Shown here: piece after piece, positions 10,881-20,356 of the stretch
Layout of the letters: each line of letters starts with the position of its first letter
Numbering within the stretch: position 1 is the first letter of the stretch
Assembly: GCA_050298595.1 (NCBI GenBank)
Contig: JBNKUM010000089.1
Location: forward strand, 1 to 64,000
Reading direction: 5' to 3'
Length of the DNA stretch: 64,000 nucleotides
DNA from: Gammaproteobacteria bacterium
GTDB taxonomy: Bacteria; Pseudomonadota; Gammaproteobacteria; GCA-001735895
Program-made: the position numbers and the translations under genes
The notes under the pieces: generated by a model
What the model was told of the DNA's origin: nothing
The model's database searches: none
The model's input: the letters and a program-made list of their open reading frames with translations, nothing else

Positions 10881-11016
10881 TACCCTTAGACAGGCAGCAG
10901 ATCGGGTGGAAATTGCAAGCTATACAGTGCAATCGTTTGTTTCGCAGGGCTATCGCAAAATTAAGTGTTGCTGCTGGGTGAATGCTAAGTCGGAGCACTA
11001 AATAGTGCTGGGCATG
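10881..11016 (-). promoter_or_regulatory. 136-bp conserved upstream element, copy 2
   Basis: Matches 7591-7726. Confidence 0.75.
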
Positions 11017-11309
11017 CTATAGCGCTATTACATGTATATGGTCTACCCAAAGCTGCAACGAGAATAGATCCATTAACTGTCAGAGGAAGGGGGGTTTAGA
11101 TTTAATTCCTAAAGCAGAATTTCCCTTTTCACTCATAACCTGGCAAGAGCTAAACAGATTCATCTATAAAACGTCACAGAGAGCGGACGTTCAGTTTTCT
11201 CTGCAGGCTTCCGATTTAACCCGAAGTTGCCGTTTAGGAAACGTGAAAGCTAGCTGTAATACTCGAAAATACTTGATGCAAAATCAAAGACCTAATCCGC
11301 AGCCCCACT

Positions 11310-11397
11310 GTCATTGCGAGTACCCAAAGGGCATAAACTAAACGCGGCAGAAGTGCTACTTGGAGGTAGCGTTTACGGAACCAAGGGATGTAATCTC
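11310..11397. repeat. Partial inverted copy of the 1784-1958 element
   Basis: GTCATTGCGA...GGCAGAAGTGCTACTTGGAGGTAGCGTTTACGGAACCAAGGGATGTAATCTC matches the reverse complement of 1866-1930. Confidence 0.75.
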
Positions 11398-11892
11398 TTT
11401 CAAATCTAGCACCTGACCGGATTATGGTTTCACACGCCTTTGCTTTCCTTGCTCCGTAGTGCTTTTCTAACAGGCGCGCGAGTAACTTCTTTTCAACAGC
11501 TAAAAGAAGTCACCACAAAATTGACAGGATCAATTTTGAACAGCTCTGCTGGCCCGCAGGGCTAAGGGCTTGGATGCCCGGAGTTACAAAGCCGCCCCGT
11601 ACAAGCCCTTCTCTCGTCAAAAACACAGCCAAACTGCGGTCGTTCAAGTTTAAAATGTAAAACTAAACTATCCCAGAATAGCCTCAGAAAAGCGATGTGG
11701 TGCTTAATAAGAGTTATCGGGGTAAGGTGGAATTTTTTTAAATTATTAGAGAGCTCTAACTGTTGGATACCGTGACCGTTCGTCAGAAAAAACGTGGATC
11801 TTACATGAAAGGTTTATTAAAATCTTTAATCAAGGGTTCTTATTCATTAATCAAACTTATTGGAAATAACCATCTCTTGTGGTGTTTTGTCG

Positions 11893-11954
11893 TTATCCAC
11901 GGCCTCAAACCACAAGATAATAATAAAAATAAACTTATCCACAAGTTATTCACA
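11893..11954 (+). promoter_or_regulatory. DnaA-box cluster
   Basis: TTATCCACG (11893), TTATCCACA (11935), TTATTCACA (11946), with an AT-rich tract at 11811-11862. Confidence 0.55.
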
Positions 11955-12300
11955 ACTATATCGTGTATCTCCCGTTTATCTAACCACAACATAATGTACT
12001 TGAACCGATTTCAGAAGCAGCTAACATGGATCTCCTGTCTGTATTTCAGACATAAAAAAGCCCCAAAAGCTACGCCAATAGCAGATGGGGCTGGGTCGCC
12101 GACACTGTGGCCTCGGCAAGGCACTTCTCTTCGGTAAAGTTAGACGGCATGTCAGCCCCTAACGAATATCGAGACAATAGCAGAGCTAGGGTTTAATACA
12201 AACAAATTGTTTTTATAACCTTAGGTTATAGGTTTATGTCGCAGTTCCTTCCAAGGTCTCCGTTGGCTTAGTTTAATTTCTCATACGGAGAACTTTTAAT

Positions 12301-13164
12301 ATGGTTATAAAAGACCAACAAGAATTGCAGTTTGTAACTGCAGAGTATGACGGCTTGCCCGTTGTTTTCCAACCAGATGGCTACATTAATGCTACGCAGA
12401 TAGCTAAGCGATTTGGTAAGCAATCCACAGACTTTCTAAAACTCAGTTCAACTGCGGATTACATTAATGCGTTAATAGCAGATTCCCAAACAGAGAATTC
12501 TCTGTCTGGACAGATGAGCTATGAAAGTATGGTGGTTGTCCAACGTGGTGGCGCATATCCCGGTACATGGCTTCATCCAAATTTAGCAGTAGTATTTGCC
12601 CGATGGTGCGATGCTCGGTTTGCTGTTTGGTGTGATCGTCAAATCAAAGACCTTTTAAATCAAGGAGGAGATCGTCAGGCGATAATCACTGAATCACAGA
12701 GGTTTTTACTAGAGCGCTTCACCCTTAACGCTGGAAGTGTTCACCCCCATTATTTCGATGTTTTTCATAAATCATTTGATGTGATGAATTTTTTGGTAGC
12801 AAACGGCTTTATTGTCAACTCACACAATGTTCCAGATATTTCAATTGGTCAAGCCACAGGGAAATTTTGGCGTGATAACCCAGAGTTTGCTGCGAACCAT
12901 GGAGATCGAGTTAAGTTATTGGATATGCAACATGTCTATCCTGAATCATGCCCACAGTCGAAAGCCTATGATCAGATTATACCTTGGTGTTATCCAATGT
13001 CTTGGTTACCAAAGTTTGAAGAGTTTATGAAAACTACATACATGACCGAAAAACTTCCGAATTACTTAGCAACTAAAGTTCGAAATAAGCAACTCGGTCA
13101 AAAAGCTAGGTTCCAAATTGCAAATGCTATTAAGCAGTCCATAACCTTGCATTCATCGAAATAA
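12301..13164 (+). CDS. KilA-N domain protein with BstA-like C-terminal domain (putative abortive-infection protein)
   Basis: KilA-N: DGYINATQIAK.FGK, GTWLHP.LA..FARW; C-terminal PDISIG, HxYP..PQ, W.YP, LP.F..., Y...KLP.YL..K resembling BstA. Confidence 0.72.
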   Translation: MVIKDQQELQFVTAEYDGLPVVFQPDGYINATQIAKRFGKQSTDFLKLSSTADYINALIADSQTENSLSGQMSYESMVVVQRGGAYPGTWLHPNLAVVFARWCDARFAVWCDRQIKDLLNQGGDRQAIITESQRFLLERFTLNAGSVHPHYFDVFHKSFDVMNFLVANGFIVNSHNVPDISIGQATGKFWRDNPEFAANHGDRVKLLDMQHVYPESCPQSKAYDQIIPWCYPMSWLPKFEEFMKTTYMTEKLPNYLATKVRNKQLGQKARFQIANAIKQSITLHSSK

Positions 13165-13178
13165 CAATTCATCAAACA

Positions 13179-13200
13179 GCCCCGGCAATAGTGCCGGGGT
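13179..13200 (+). terminator. Hairpin/terminator after the KilA-N gene
   Basis: GCCCCGGCA-atag-TGCCGGGGT. Confidence 0.6.
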
Positions 13201-13270
13201 ATGTTCGATTTTTTGATTACAGATCAGGGAATTAAGGGGGTAGTTTACTTAATTTTCTGAAAAACCAGAT

Positions 13271-13328
13271 GTTAAATGGGTCGGAGGTACATGGGAATAA
13301 TTTTCATGTACCTCCGACCAATTTGACT
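13271..13328. repeat. REP-like palindrome family A, copy 1
   Basis: GGTCGGAGGTACATG-GGAATAATTTT-CATGTACCTCCGACC. Confidence 0.85.
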
Positions 13329-13329
13329 C

Positions 13330-13511
13330 GAATAGCGCGGTTTCTACGATGATCTTTTTGAACACTCGACTGAAGTCACTGATATCTTTTTCAGTCTTGA
13401 TCATTTTGGCGGCCTCTCGGGCCAGGGCCTGGATATCTTCTCTCTTCATCTGCTTACCTTCTCCTATTCGAGGATTAAAAATAAGCAGTTTCACAACTTA
13501 TATTACAGCCT
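13330..13511 (-). mobile_element. IS256-family remnant (end sequence plus N-terminal transposase fragment)
   Basis: MKREDIQALAREAAKMIKTEKDISDFSRVFKKIIVETAL resembles IS256 transposase N-termini; end sequence GAGGCTGTAATATAAGTTGTGAAACTGC; truncated at REP-A copy 1. Confidence 0.75.
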
Positions 13512-13656
13512 CCGAAGAAGAGCAGGTTTAGCGGATTATATTTAAACAGGGCAGTTAAACAGAATTTTTTACCGTCTCATTGTGCTCTAATCACAGCTTT
13601 TCAATCCTGTTTATTTCAAGACCGAATAATCAAGGCATATTGCTGGATAACCTTGC

Positions 13657-14355
13657 ATGTATATCATTTCTCTTAGCGATCTCCTACTAGGATTCATTCC
13701 GCCTCTGATCACTCTGTTCATTATCTTTAAATGGTCTTTATCTTTTAAAAAAGCCATCTATTCAGTTACAAGGATGCTGTTACAACTCATGTTGATTGGT
13801 TATGCGTTAAATTTCATCTTTAGTAGTAACAGTGCCTATCTAGTCACTCTTGTACTCAGTTTGATGTTATTTGCTGCCAGCTGGATTGCGCTTAGCTCTC
13901 TAGATCAATCGACCAGTCAGCTTTTTTTATATAGCCTGGCTTCTATCGCTATTGGAGGGGTTTTTACCCTAATTATTACAACGCAGGGGGTTTTACACCT
14001 CGATCCCTGGTTTGACCCGAAGGTTATTATTCCGATAGCGGGAATGATATTTTCTAATTCAATGAATACAATAAGTATCGCTGCGGAACGTTTTTATAGC
14101 GAACAGAAACACGTTGAGGACTATTGTCATTGTCGTGATGCGGCCTATCAGGCGGCACTCATTCCAGTATTAAATTCTCTACTTGCGGTTGGATTGGTAT
14201 CCTTACCCGGCATGATGACGGGGCAGATACTTTCCGGGGTTTCTCCATTGATAGCAGCACGCTATCAAATCATGGTAATGCTGATGATTATGGGATCTAG
14301 TGGTATATCTGCCGCCCTGTTCCTGACATTGATCAAGCGGCAATTTAAGCCGTAG
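13657..14355 (+). CDS. UPF0014 / FetB-like ABC transporter permease, no ATPase partner adjacent
   Basis: R..LQL.LIGY.L, IPIAGMI, GLVSLPGMMTGQILSG.SPL.A.RYQI. Confidence 0.85.
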   Translation: MYIISLSDLLLGFIPPLITLFIIFKWSLSFKKAIYSVTRMLLQLMLIGYALNFIFSSNSAYLVTLVLSLMLFAASWIALSSLDQSTSQLFLYSLASIAIGGVFTLIITTQGVLHLDPWFDPKVIIPIAGMIFSNSMNTISIAAERFYSEQKHVEDYCHCRDAAYQAALIPVLNSLLAVGLVSLPGMMTGQILSGVSPLIAARYQIMVMLMIMGSSGISAALFLTLIKRQFKP

Positions 14356-14472
14356 CAGCCCTGAGATTTTACTCAGAGTAAAATCAAGCAGTAACTTTAG
14401 CAGTGAATAAATAATATAAGCTCCCACCAATTGAAAAGGAAATTACTCTTAAGCTATTCGGTTAGAGCGTAG

Positions 14473-14524
14473 GTTAAAAGGGTCGGAGGAACATAAAAAT
14501 TATTCCCATGTACCTCCGTCCCCT
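14473..14524. repeat. REP-like palindrome family A, copy 2 (inverted)
   Basis: GGGTCGGAGGAACAT-AAAAATTATTCC-CATGTACCTCCGTCCC. Confidence 0.85.
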
Positions 14525-14590
14525 GTTATTAATGTTGCTTCGCAAGAAAATTTTTATGGTAAGCTTTTTTGAGTTAAGAGAGGTTCTATT

Positions 14591-15556
14591 ATGACGACTA
14601 AAGTTTTTGTTGATGGCCAGGAAGGTACAACGGGTTTGCAGATACACGAACGTTTGCAAGGACGCTCGGATTTGGAAATTCTCACCATTGATCCTGCACT
14701 TCGTAAAGATATCGCTGAAAGAAAAAAACTGCTGAACGCTGCAGACATTGTCTTTTTGTGTTTGCCGGATTCAGCTGCCATGGAAAGTGTGGCCCTCATT
14801 GAAAATGATAACACCTGTGTCATTGATGCCAGCACAGCACATCGAACCAACCCAGATTGGGTTTATGGTTTAGCGGAAGTAAAGCCAGAACAACGCGACC
14901 TGATTAAGAACAGCAAACGTATTGCGAACCCAGGCTGTTATGCCACGGGCTTTGTTTTAGCTGTGGCTCCTTTGGTTCAAGCCGGTGTGGTAAAAACAGA
15001 TTCTGATTTTGTGTGTCATGCGATTACTGGATATTCTGGTGGCGGGAAAAAATTAATCGCTTTACATGAAGAAGCAGAACATTTAACTCGCGATGCAGGA
15101 AGTTCTCCTCGCATGAATGCTCCCCGTGCCTATGGCCTGGGTTTGCAGCATAAGCATTTACCTGAAATGACTTTGGTCTCTGGCATTGAAAAAGAACCTC
15201 ACTTTAATCCTGTTGTGGGTCCTTACTACAAAGGCATGGCAGTGAACGTTCCGATTTTGCCTGGCCAATTGACGAGCGATATTTCTGCACAAGAATTACA
15301 AGCGGTCATGGAAAAACATTACGCGGGTCAGGAATTTGTAAAGGTTTTACCTTTCGAAGAAAACCCCGCTCTGGATGGTGGCTTTTTAGACGCTACAGTT
15401 TGTAACGACACCAACCGTGCGGATGTACATGTGTTTGGCCAAAAAGGTCATTTGCAAGTAACCGTGGTCCTGGACAATCTGGGTAAGGGTGCCAGTGGCG
15501 CTGCGGTTCAGAATATGAATATCGTTATGGGTATTGATGAAAAGACGGGACTTTAG
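14591..15556 (+). CDS. argC: N-acetyl-gamma-glutamyl-phosphate reductase, type 2
   Basis: DGQEGTTG, DASTAHR, ANPGCY, TGYSGGG, HKHLPEM, DNLGKGASGAA. Confidence 0.92.
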   Translation: MTTKVFVDGQEGTTGLQIHERLQGRSDLEILTIDPALRKDIAERKKLLNAADIVFLCLPDSAAMESVALIENDNTCVIDASTAHRTNPDWVYGLAEVKPEQRDLIKNSKRIANPGCYATGFVLAVAPLVQAGVVKTDSDFVCHAITGYSGGGKKLIALHEEAEHLTRDAGSSPRMNAPRAYGLGLQHKHLPEMTLVSGIEKEPHFNPVVGPYYKGMAVNVPILPGQLTSDISAQELQAVMEKHYAGQEFVKVLPFEENPALDGGFLDATVCNDTNRADVHVFGQKGHLQVTVVLDNLGKGASGAAVQNMNIVMGIDEKTGL

Positions 15557-15583
15557 AGCTAAGTTTCTTCCCTTACCTTTTTA

Positions 15584-15639
15584 AGTTAAAGGGGTCAGAG
15601 GTACATGGGAATAATTTTCATGTACCTCCCCCTTTAACT
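15584..15639. repeat. REP-like palindrome family A, copy 3
   Basis: AGTTAAAGGGGTCAGAGGTACATG-GGAATAATTTT-CATGTACCTCCCCCTTTAACT. Confidence 0.85.
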
Positions 15640-15703
15640 CTCCATTATATCGAGGCAAAAGACAAGACCTGCCCTCAGAGATTCAAAGAACGCACAGCGA
15701 GCT

Positions 15704-18700
15704 TTATAGTTCACTTATGAAATCAGTTTTTTTTGCTGCCTCGACACTTTGTCTCCATTCTTTGATTTTTTGCTCGATAAAGAGCTTATGATCTAAAAGA
15801 TCAAACGTGGAGCACAGGGGTAGCAAGTCCTCCCAATAATCCACCATCGCCTGATAAACAGGAATCATGCTTCCCGAAGAGCTACCCCAGTGGCTTGGCT
15901 CTAAAGATATCTTCTTAAAATCCTGATATGAAGTGTTCTTTCTGAGAAATAATTCGATAAATTGTTTTCGCCGCTCTTCTTTAAACTCTGAAATAACTTT
16001 AAAAATAAGTCGCATAAGGTCCATTTCAGTCGAATGGTTTTCTATAAGAATTTTAAGGAGACTGTCTTGCTTGTCCTTTATTTCAGATGAGCATTCAATA
16101 TTGTTATTGAGACAGAAGAAACGCTTTAAGAGTTGACCAGATACGTAATCGCGATCGAGCTCTTTGTCCATAATCTTTGCTATGGCTGAGGTGATAATTT
16201 CTTCGAAATTCTCAAGCTCCCAAAGAAAAGAATAGTCCCGATGGTCAGAATAAATATCAGGCCATTCTTCATCGGTATATATGTTCTCAATGAGTTCGAG
16301 TAAAAAATTGCAGTCATTATTGAGGATACGGCTAAGTGTTGCGCCGTTATAGTCAGGGTTATTGTCGATTTTGCAATAGATTAAATATGCCCTTTTAATA
16401 AGAGATATGTGTTCTTCCAGAATGACAAAAAGTTGTTTGTTAACTTCGGTTAAGTGATTGAATAATATTTGCAGGCATCGACCATACGAGCTATCGTTTT
16501 CGTATTTTTCGACGATGACCTCAATAACGTTATAAACTATGTCACTATCTGCTTGTCGGTATTTCAAGAGGTAATCGAAGTCATAGGGAATGTCACTTGG
16601 AGAAGCGCTTTTATACAATGAAAGAAGAGCCTTGGCGTCCTGTAAGCCGATATCGTCTTCATCGAGACAGCCGTAATAATTAAAAAGCCAATGTTTTTTT
16701 AAAGAATATTCCGGCTCCGTTATTAGGGCTAAGGCCTTGTCTTTCCCGCAGTAGCAGATGAGCTTGGAGATTAACAGGTATGCGTGGCTTAACTTTAGCG
16801 AATTTCCGGATGATAAGTGGTATTTTGTTACGTCTTCAAAAAGTGCTGCGTCTTTTTCGCTTAAAGCCATAAAGGCTTCATTAATCGCACTATTTATTTG
16901 ATAGGCTTCATGACCATCTCTAATAACAGATAATATCTCTTTCGCATGATCAAGAAATGCAATGGAGCCTGGATAATCAAATTCTTCAACATAGGATCTT
17001 ATTATCTCTTTTTTGATCTGAGAAAATTCATCGTAATTTTCAGTTTCAATATCACCGTAATCAAATGAAAGTATTTTATAGGCTTGATAGGTCTTATTTT
17101 TAAATCTATAGCTCAAATCCTCTGTGGAGCTTATGTCTCTTTCGTCAAGAAACCGGCAATAATTCTGAACGATCAGGCATTCAGTGAAGCTGTCTGGATT
17201 AAAGGTATTTTCTAAAAAGGGAATAAGGTGCTCAGAATCTTTTTCTACTATCTCTTTTTGAGTAAGATAATATCCATCTCTGCAATAGTTTTTAATTGTA
17301 TCAACTACATGCCTCCGAAGTTTATCGATTTCATATAGTTTGAATAAACCTTCAAATATTATTTTTCTCATAGAAATGATGGAATCGGTTGGCAGAAGAT
17401 CGAACTTATAGATCGTTATTGCGCGCCCGTTACCTTCATGGCTATCAAAATGGGTCCTAAGAAATTTTGATGCAACCTTAATGAATAATCTGGCGAATAA
17501 TTCGTCTTTTCCATTTTTAGTTCTCTCCCACAATGACTTTATCAATATACTTTGTATGGTATAATCACTTTTGTAAGAATGACGATTAAACCCAAAGTCT
17601 TCGGTCATGAGTTTAACGAATGAAGGGGATGCACTAGGACTTCTTTCGATATATCTATAGGTAAGCTCAAGAGCCGACTTAAATGTGCTCTCACTGCTAG
17701 ACTGACGAAAGAGAGAAAGCGTTCCTAGAATTTGGTGAGATGACAGCGAGTTCACATTTTTTTCAAAATCTATATTGCTGATATCGCATGGGCTTTTATC
17801 CATCAAGTCAATACGATCTCTGATATAGATAAGAACGTCGGTTTGTAAAAGAAACCAAAAAGTATTAATGAATTCATCTATAATCTTTGAGTCTCCATTT
17901 TTAATATATTGATCCCATTTACCTTTCACATCGCTTTCGATTTGTTTTGAAATTTCATTGAAGTCAAAAGAGTTAAAGCATGGATAGAGTGCGTCCTTTA
18001 TCTTTCCTGATTTTTCAACGAAAAAATGATCTAGGATCGTCGAAAAACTAAGTTTCTTTTCCTTAAAGAAGCACAGATAAAATAAGTAAGTAGACAAAAC
18101 CTGATCGTTTACTTTGGCGACTTCGTCTTCGTGGATATCAACAATTTCGGCTTCATGTAAATATTGGGTGGCCTCCCAGAATTCATCTTGACTGATATCG
18201 AAGGCATTCTGGATGCGCTCCATAATTCCGGAGTTCGATCTATCAAAAGACCTGAAAAATGAAATAATGCCAGCGACTTTTAGAATGTCGCCATTCTTTA
18301 GATTTTTTAAGTCGTCCGATATCGATGCAAAATACTCATCATAAAGTGCTGTTACATCTCTTATACTGCTTAAGGTATTCTCTTTGGCTGCAATCGATGC
18401 GGCCATAATTGCGAGTCTTGGATTTCCTCCGGAAATTTCAAAAATACGCTCCTGAAAAGATGGATTTTTAATAGTATATAATTCTTCAATTAAAGCCTTT
18501 ATTTCATCGGCTTTCATGGGGCTCAGCGCTATCTCTGATACACTTTCTATCGGTTTTGCTAAAGATAATATTTTGTCACGCGCATAGTCCCTAACTGTAA
18601 CTATGCATTTAATTACCTGATCTTCCCTTTGGTTTTGTATCAAATCTACAAAGTAGTCGAATTGGGTTATTCTGTTCGCATCATCCACCAGTATTAGGAA

Positions 18701-19474
18701 GTTACCAGGTTGTGAAAAATACGTTCTTATGTCTTCGAATAAGTCTGGGCCTTTATTGTATATAACGTAATCAGAGTAGTCCTCGTGCATTTTCTGAAAT
18801 TCTTCCATGGCTTTGAGTGCCAAACGTGATTTTCCAACCCCTGCCGATCCAGACAATACCAAAAGATTGTCACTCTCTAAGCTTTCAAGTGCTTGTTTCA
18901 ACTCCTCTTCTCGATAATGAAATTGAGTATCAAGAGGTGTGCTTATATGATTTTTTCCAACATTTTTAATAAAATCATCAGGAGATACTATTTGGCCAGT
19001 GTCGATATTAATTCCAAGATAGTCTTGAGCCAGTGCGGGGTATTTTTGGTATAGATCGAAGGAAATATTATCTATACTATAAATTTGAATCTTAATTCCA
19101 TTTTCTTTGCACTTTTTATAAAGCTGTTGTTCGTCAATGAGGTCGAGTTGAGAGTTGTGACAGAATATAACCTCCTCAATCTCGTTGAGAGGAATTCCCG
19201 TTTTTGATGGGTCTAGGCATTTATCAAGATCGCTGTTCAACTTCTTTAAGAGGTCTGTTTTGTCTGTCGTATATTCAGCAAAAACAAGCTTTCCGTTATC
19301 CTGCCTGAAATAGCTGTCAGGAGTTCCTTTTTTAACCTTGTCTGATCCTATGGCTGAGCCAAGTGTATTTATATTGTGATAGCCTTTCTTAAACAAGTAA
19401 GTGTCTGCAAGCTTTTGGAAAGCCCCACCATCCATTTCATTTAAAGCATTTTCTATTTGATTTAGCTTAGACAT
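15704..19474 (-). CDS. Restriction-endonuclease-like domain + STAND NTPase + long helical C-terminus (Avs-like defence protein)
   Basis: N-terminal FQKL..GTPDSY..AEYT; Walker A GSAGVGKS; Walker B LILVDD; GNPRL; AT-rich foreign composition. Confidence 0.7.
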   Translation of the reverse strand: MSKLNQIENALNEMDGGAFQKLADTYLFKKGYHNINTLGSAIGSDKVKKGTPDSYFRQDNGKLVFAEYTTDKTDLLKKLNSDLDKCLDPSKTGIPLNEIEEVIFCHNSQLDLIDEQQLYKKCKENGIKIQIYSIDNISFDLYQKYPALAQDYLGINIDTGQIVSPDDFIKNVGKNHISTPLDTQFHYREEELKQALESLESDNLLVLSGSAGVGKSRLALKAMEEFQKMHEDYSDYVIYNKGPDLFEDIRTYFSQPGNFLILVDDANRITQFDYFVDLIQNQREDQVIKCIVTVRDYARDKILSLAKPIESVSEIALSPMKADEIKALIEELYTIKNPSFQERIFEISGGNPRLAIMAASIAAKENTLSSIRDVTALYDEYFASISDDLKNLKNGDILKVAGIISFFRSFDRSNSGIMERIQNAFDISQDEFWEATQYLHEAEIVDIHEDEVAKVNDQVLSTYLFYLCFFKEKKLSFSTILDHFFVEKSGKIKDALYPCFNSFDFNEISKQIESDVKGKWDQYIKNGDSKIIDEFINTFWFLLQTDVLIYIRDRIDLMDKSPCDISNIDFEKNVNSLSSHQILGTLSLFRQSSSESTFKSALELTYRYIERSPSASPSFVKLMTEDFGFNRHSYKSDYTIQSILIKSLWERTKNGKDELFARLFIKVASKFLRTHFDSHEGNGRAITIYKFDLLPTDSIISMRKIIFEGLFKLYEIDKLRRHVVDTIKNYCRDGYYLTQKEIVEKDSEHLIPFLENTFNPDSFTECLIVQNYCRFLDERDISSTEDLSYRFKNKTYQAYKILSFDYGDIETENYDEFSQIKKEIIRSYVEEFDYPGSIAFLDHAKEILSVIRDGHEAYQINSAINEAFMALSEKDAALFEDVTKYHLSSGNSLKLSHAYLLISKLICYCGKDKALALITEPEYSLKKHWLFNYYGCLDEDDIGLQDAKALLSLYKSASPSDIPYDFDYLLKYRQADSDIVYNVIEVIVEKYENDSSYGRCLQILFNHLTEVNKQLFVILEEHISLIKRAYLIYCKIDNNPDYNGATLSRILNNDCNFLLELIENIYTDEEWPDIYSDHRDYSFLWELENFEEIITSAIAKIMDKELDRDYVSGQLLKRFFCLNNNIECSSEIKDKQDSLLKILIENHSTEMDLMRLIFKVISEFKEERRKQFIELFLRKNTSYQDFKKISLEPSHWGSSSGSMIPVYQAMVDYWEDLLPLCSTFDLLDHKLFIEQKIKEWRQSVEAAKKTDFISEL

Positions 19475-19490
19475 ATTCTCAATCTTTTTC

Positions 19491-19640
19491 GGACACCCAC
19501 TTTTTGAACCTTGACACTACTATAGATCAACGGTCACTAAAAACCCATCGACCCAACGAAAGGAGCGCATCACGCCGAAAGCCTGGAAGACTCAGGTTTC
19601 TGTCGCTCCTACGCCTGTGCCTCCGCCCCCCCTTTAACTC
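19491..19640 (+). mobile_element. REP-B + promoter + degenerate RAYT (Y1 transposase) 5' remnant, ending in a REP-A half-site
   Basis: GGACACCCACTTTTTGAA, TTGACA, AGGAG RBS, then frame (T)PKAWKTQVSVAPT resembling a RAYT N-terminus; duplicated at 20357-20486. Confidence 0.6.
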
Positions 19641-19682
19641 GGTAAAACTGACCTCAGCGGTGTTAAAAGAGCAAGGCCACAT

Positions 19683-20005
19683 TTACGTCGAAACTGATCG
19701 CTGTCCTGAGAGCTGCGTCTGACTATCCAGGGTCTTCTCAACCAGAAAATCAATGAATGCGCGGATCGATGGCTTTATATAGGTACTGTTCCGGTAAACG
19801 GCATAAACCTCTCCTATCGAATTTTCATGGATTGAACACGCCCAGTCCTCTAAGCAGATAACCAGTTTGTCCTGATCAATGTACTCTGCAACCATCCATT
19901 TAGGAATCTGAATAATGCCGGTACCGCTTAAAGCTGCTTCAAGCAGCGGTGTGCCTCCAGTGGATATCAGGTTACCGCTAACAGGGATCTTTCTTGAATA
20001 ATTTA
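19683..20005 (-). pseudogene. C-terminal fragment of a LysR-type regulator
   Basis: LLEAALSGTGIIQIP.WMV....DKLV..L..W, VYAVY, PSIRAFIDFL; no HTH; 5' part cut at the REP-B copy at 20006. Confidence 0.75.
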
Positions 20006-20345
20006 GGACACCCACTTTTTGAAGCTTTCTAGAGATTTCAATCTTTGCTTGAATTCTCTAGCTATTAACTCCCCATCCAGATCCGCGGTAAAAGTACAGT
20101 CAAATCGGGGTAAATTCGCATGGATGCGAATTTAGGGGCAGTCGCGTCAGGAACGCGACTGGCCCGACCGCGATTTGGCTGTACTTTTGACGACAAAAAT
20201 GTCAGGAACATTTTTGAACGCACATCGTGCGGCCCGGAAATCTTTTGGAAATCTTTTGGGACACCCACTTTTTGAAGCTTTCTAGAGATTTCAAGCTTTG
20301 CATGAAATCTCTAGTTATTAAATCCCCATCCAGGCCCTCGGCAGA
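20006..20345. repeat. Two about 85-bp direct repeats (REP-B + hairpin) flanking a multi-hairpin element
   Basis: GGACACCCACTTTTTGAAGCTTTCTAGAGATTTCAA...CCCCATCCAG at 20006 and 20259; nested inverted repeats between them. Confidence 0.8.
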
Positions 20346-20356
20346 GAATCTTTTGG

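Noticed and set aside
11763-12137. 124-aa ORF
   Set aside because: No recognisable domain, non-ATG start, and overlaps the DnaA boxes and hairpins; probably spurious
12301-13164. Prophage
   Set aside because: KilA-N gene is alone; no integrase, structural or replication genes
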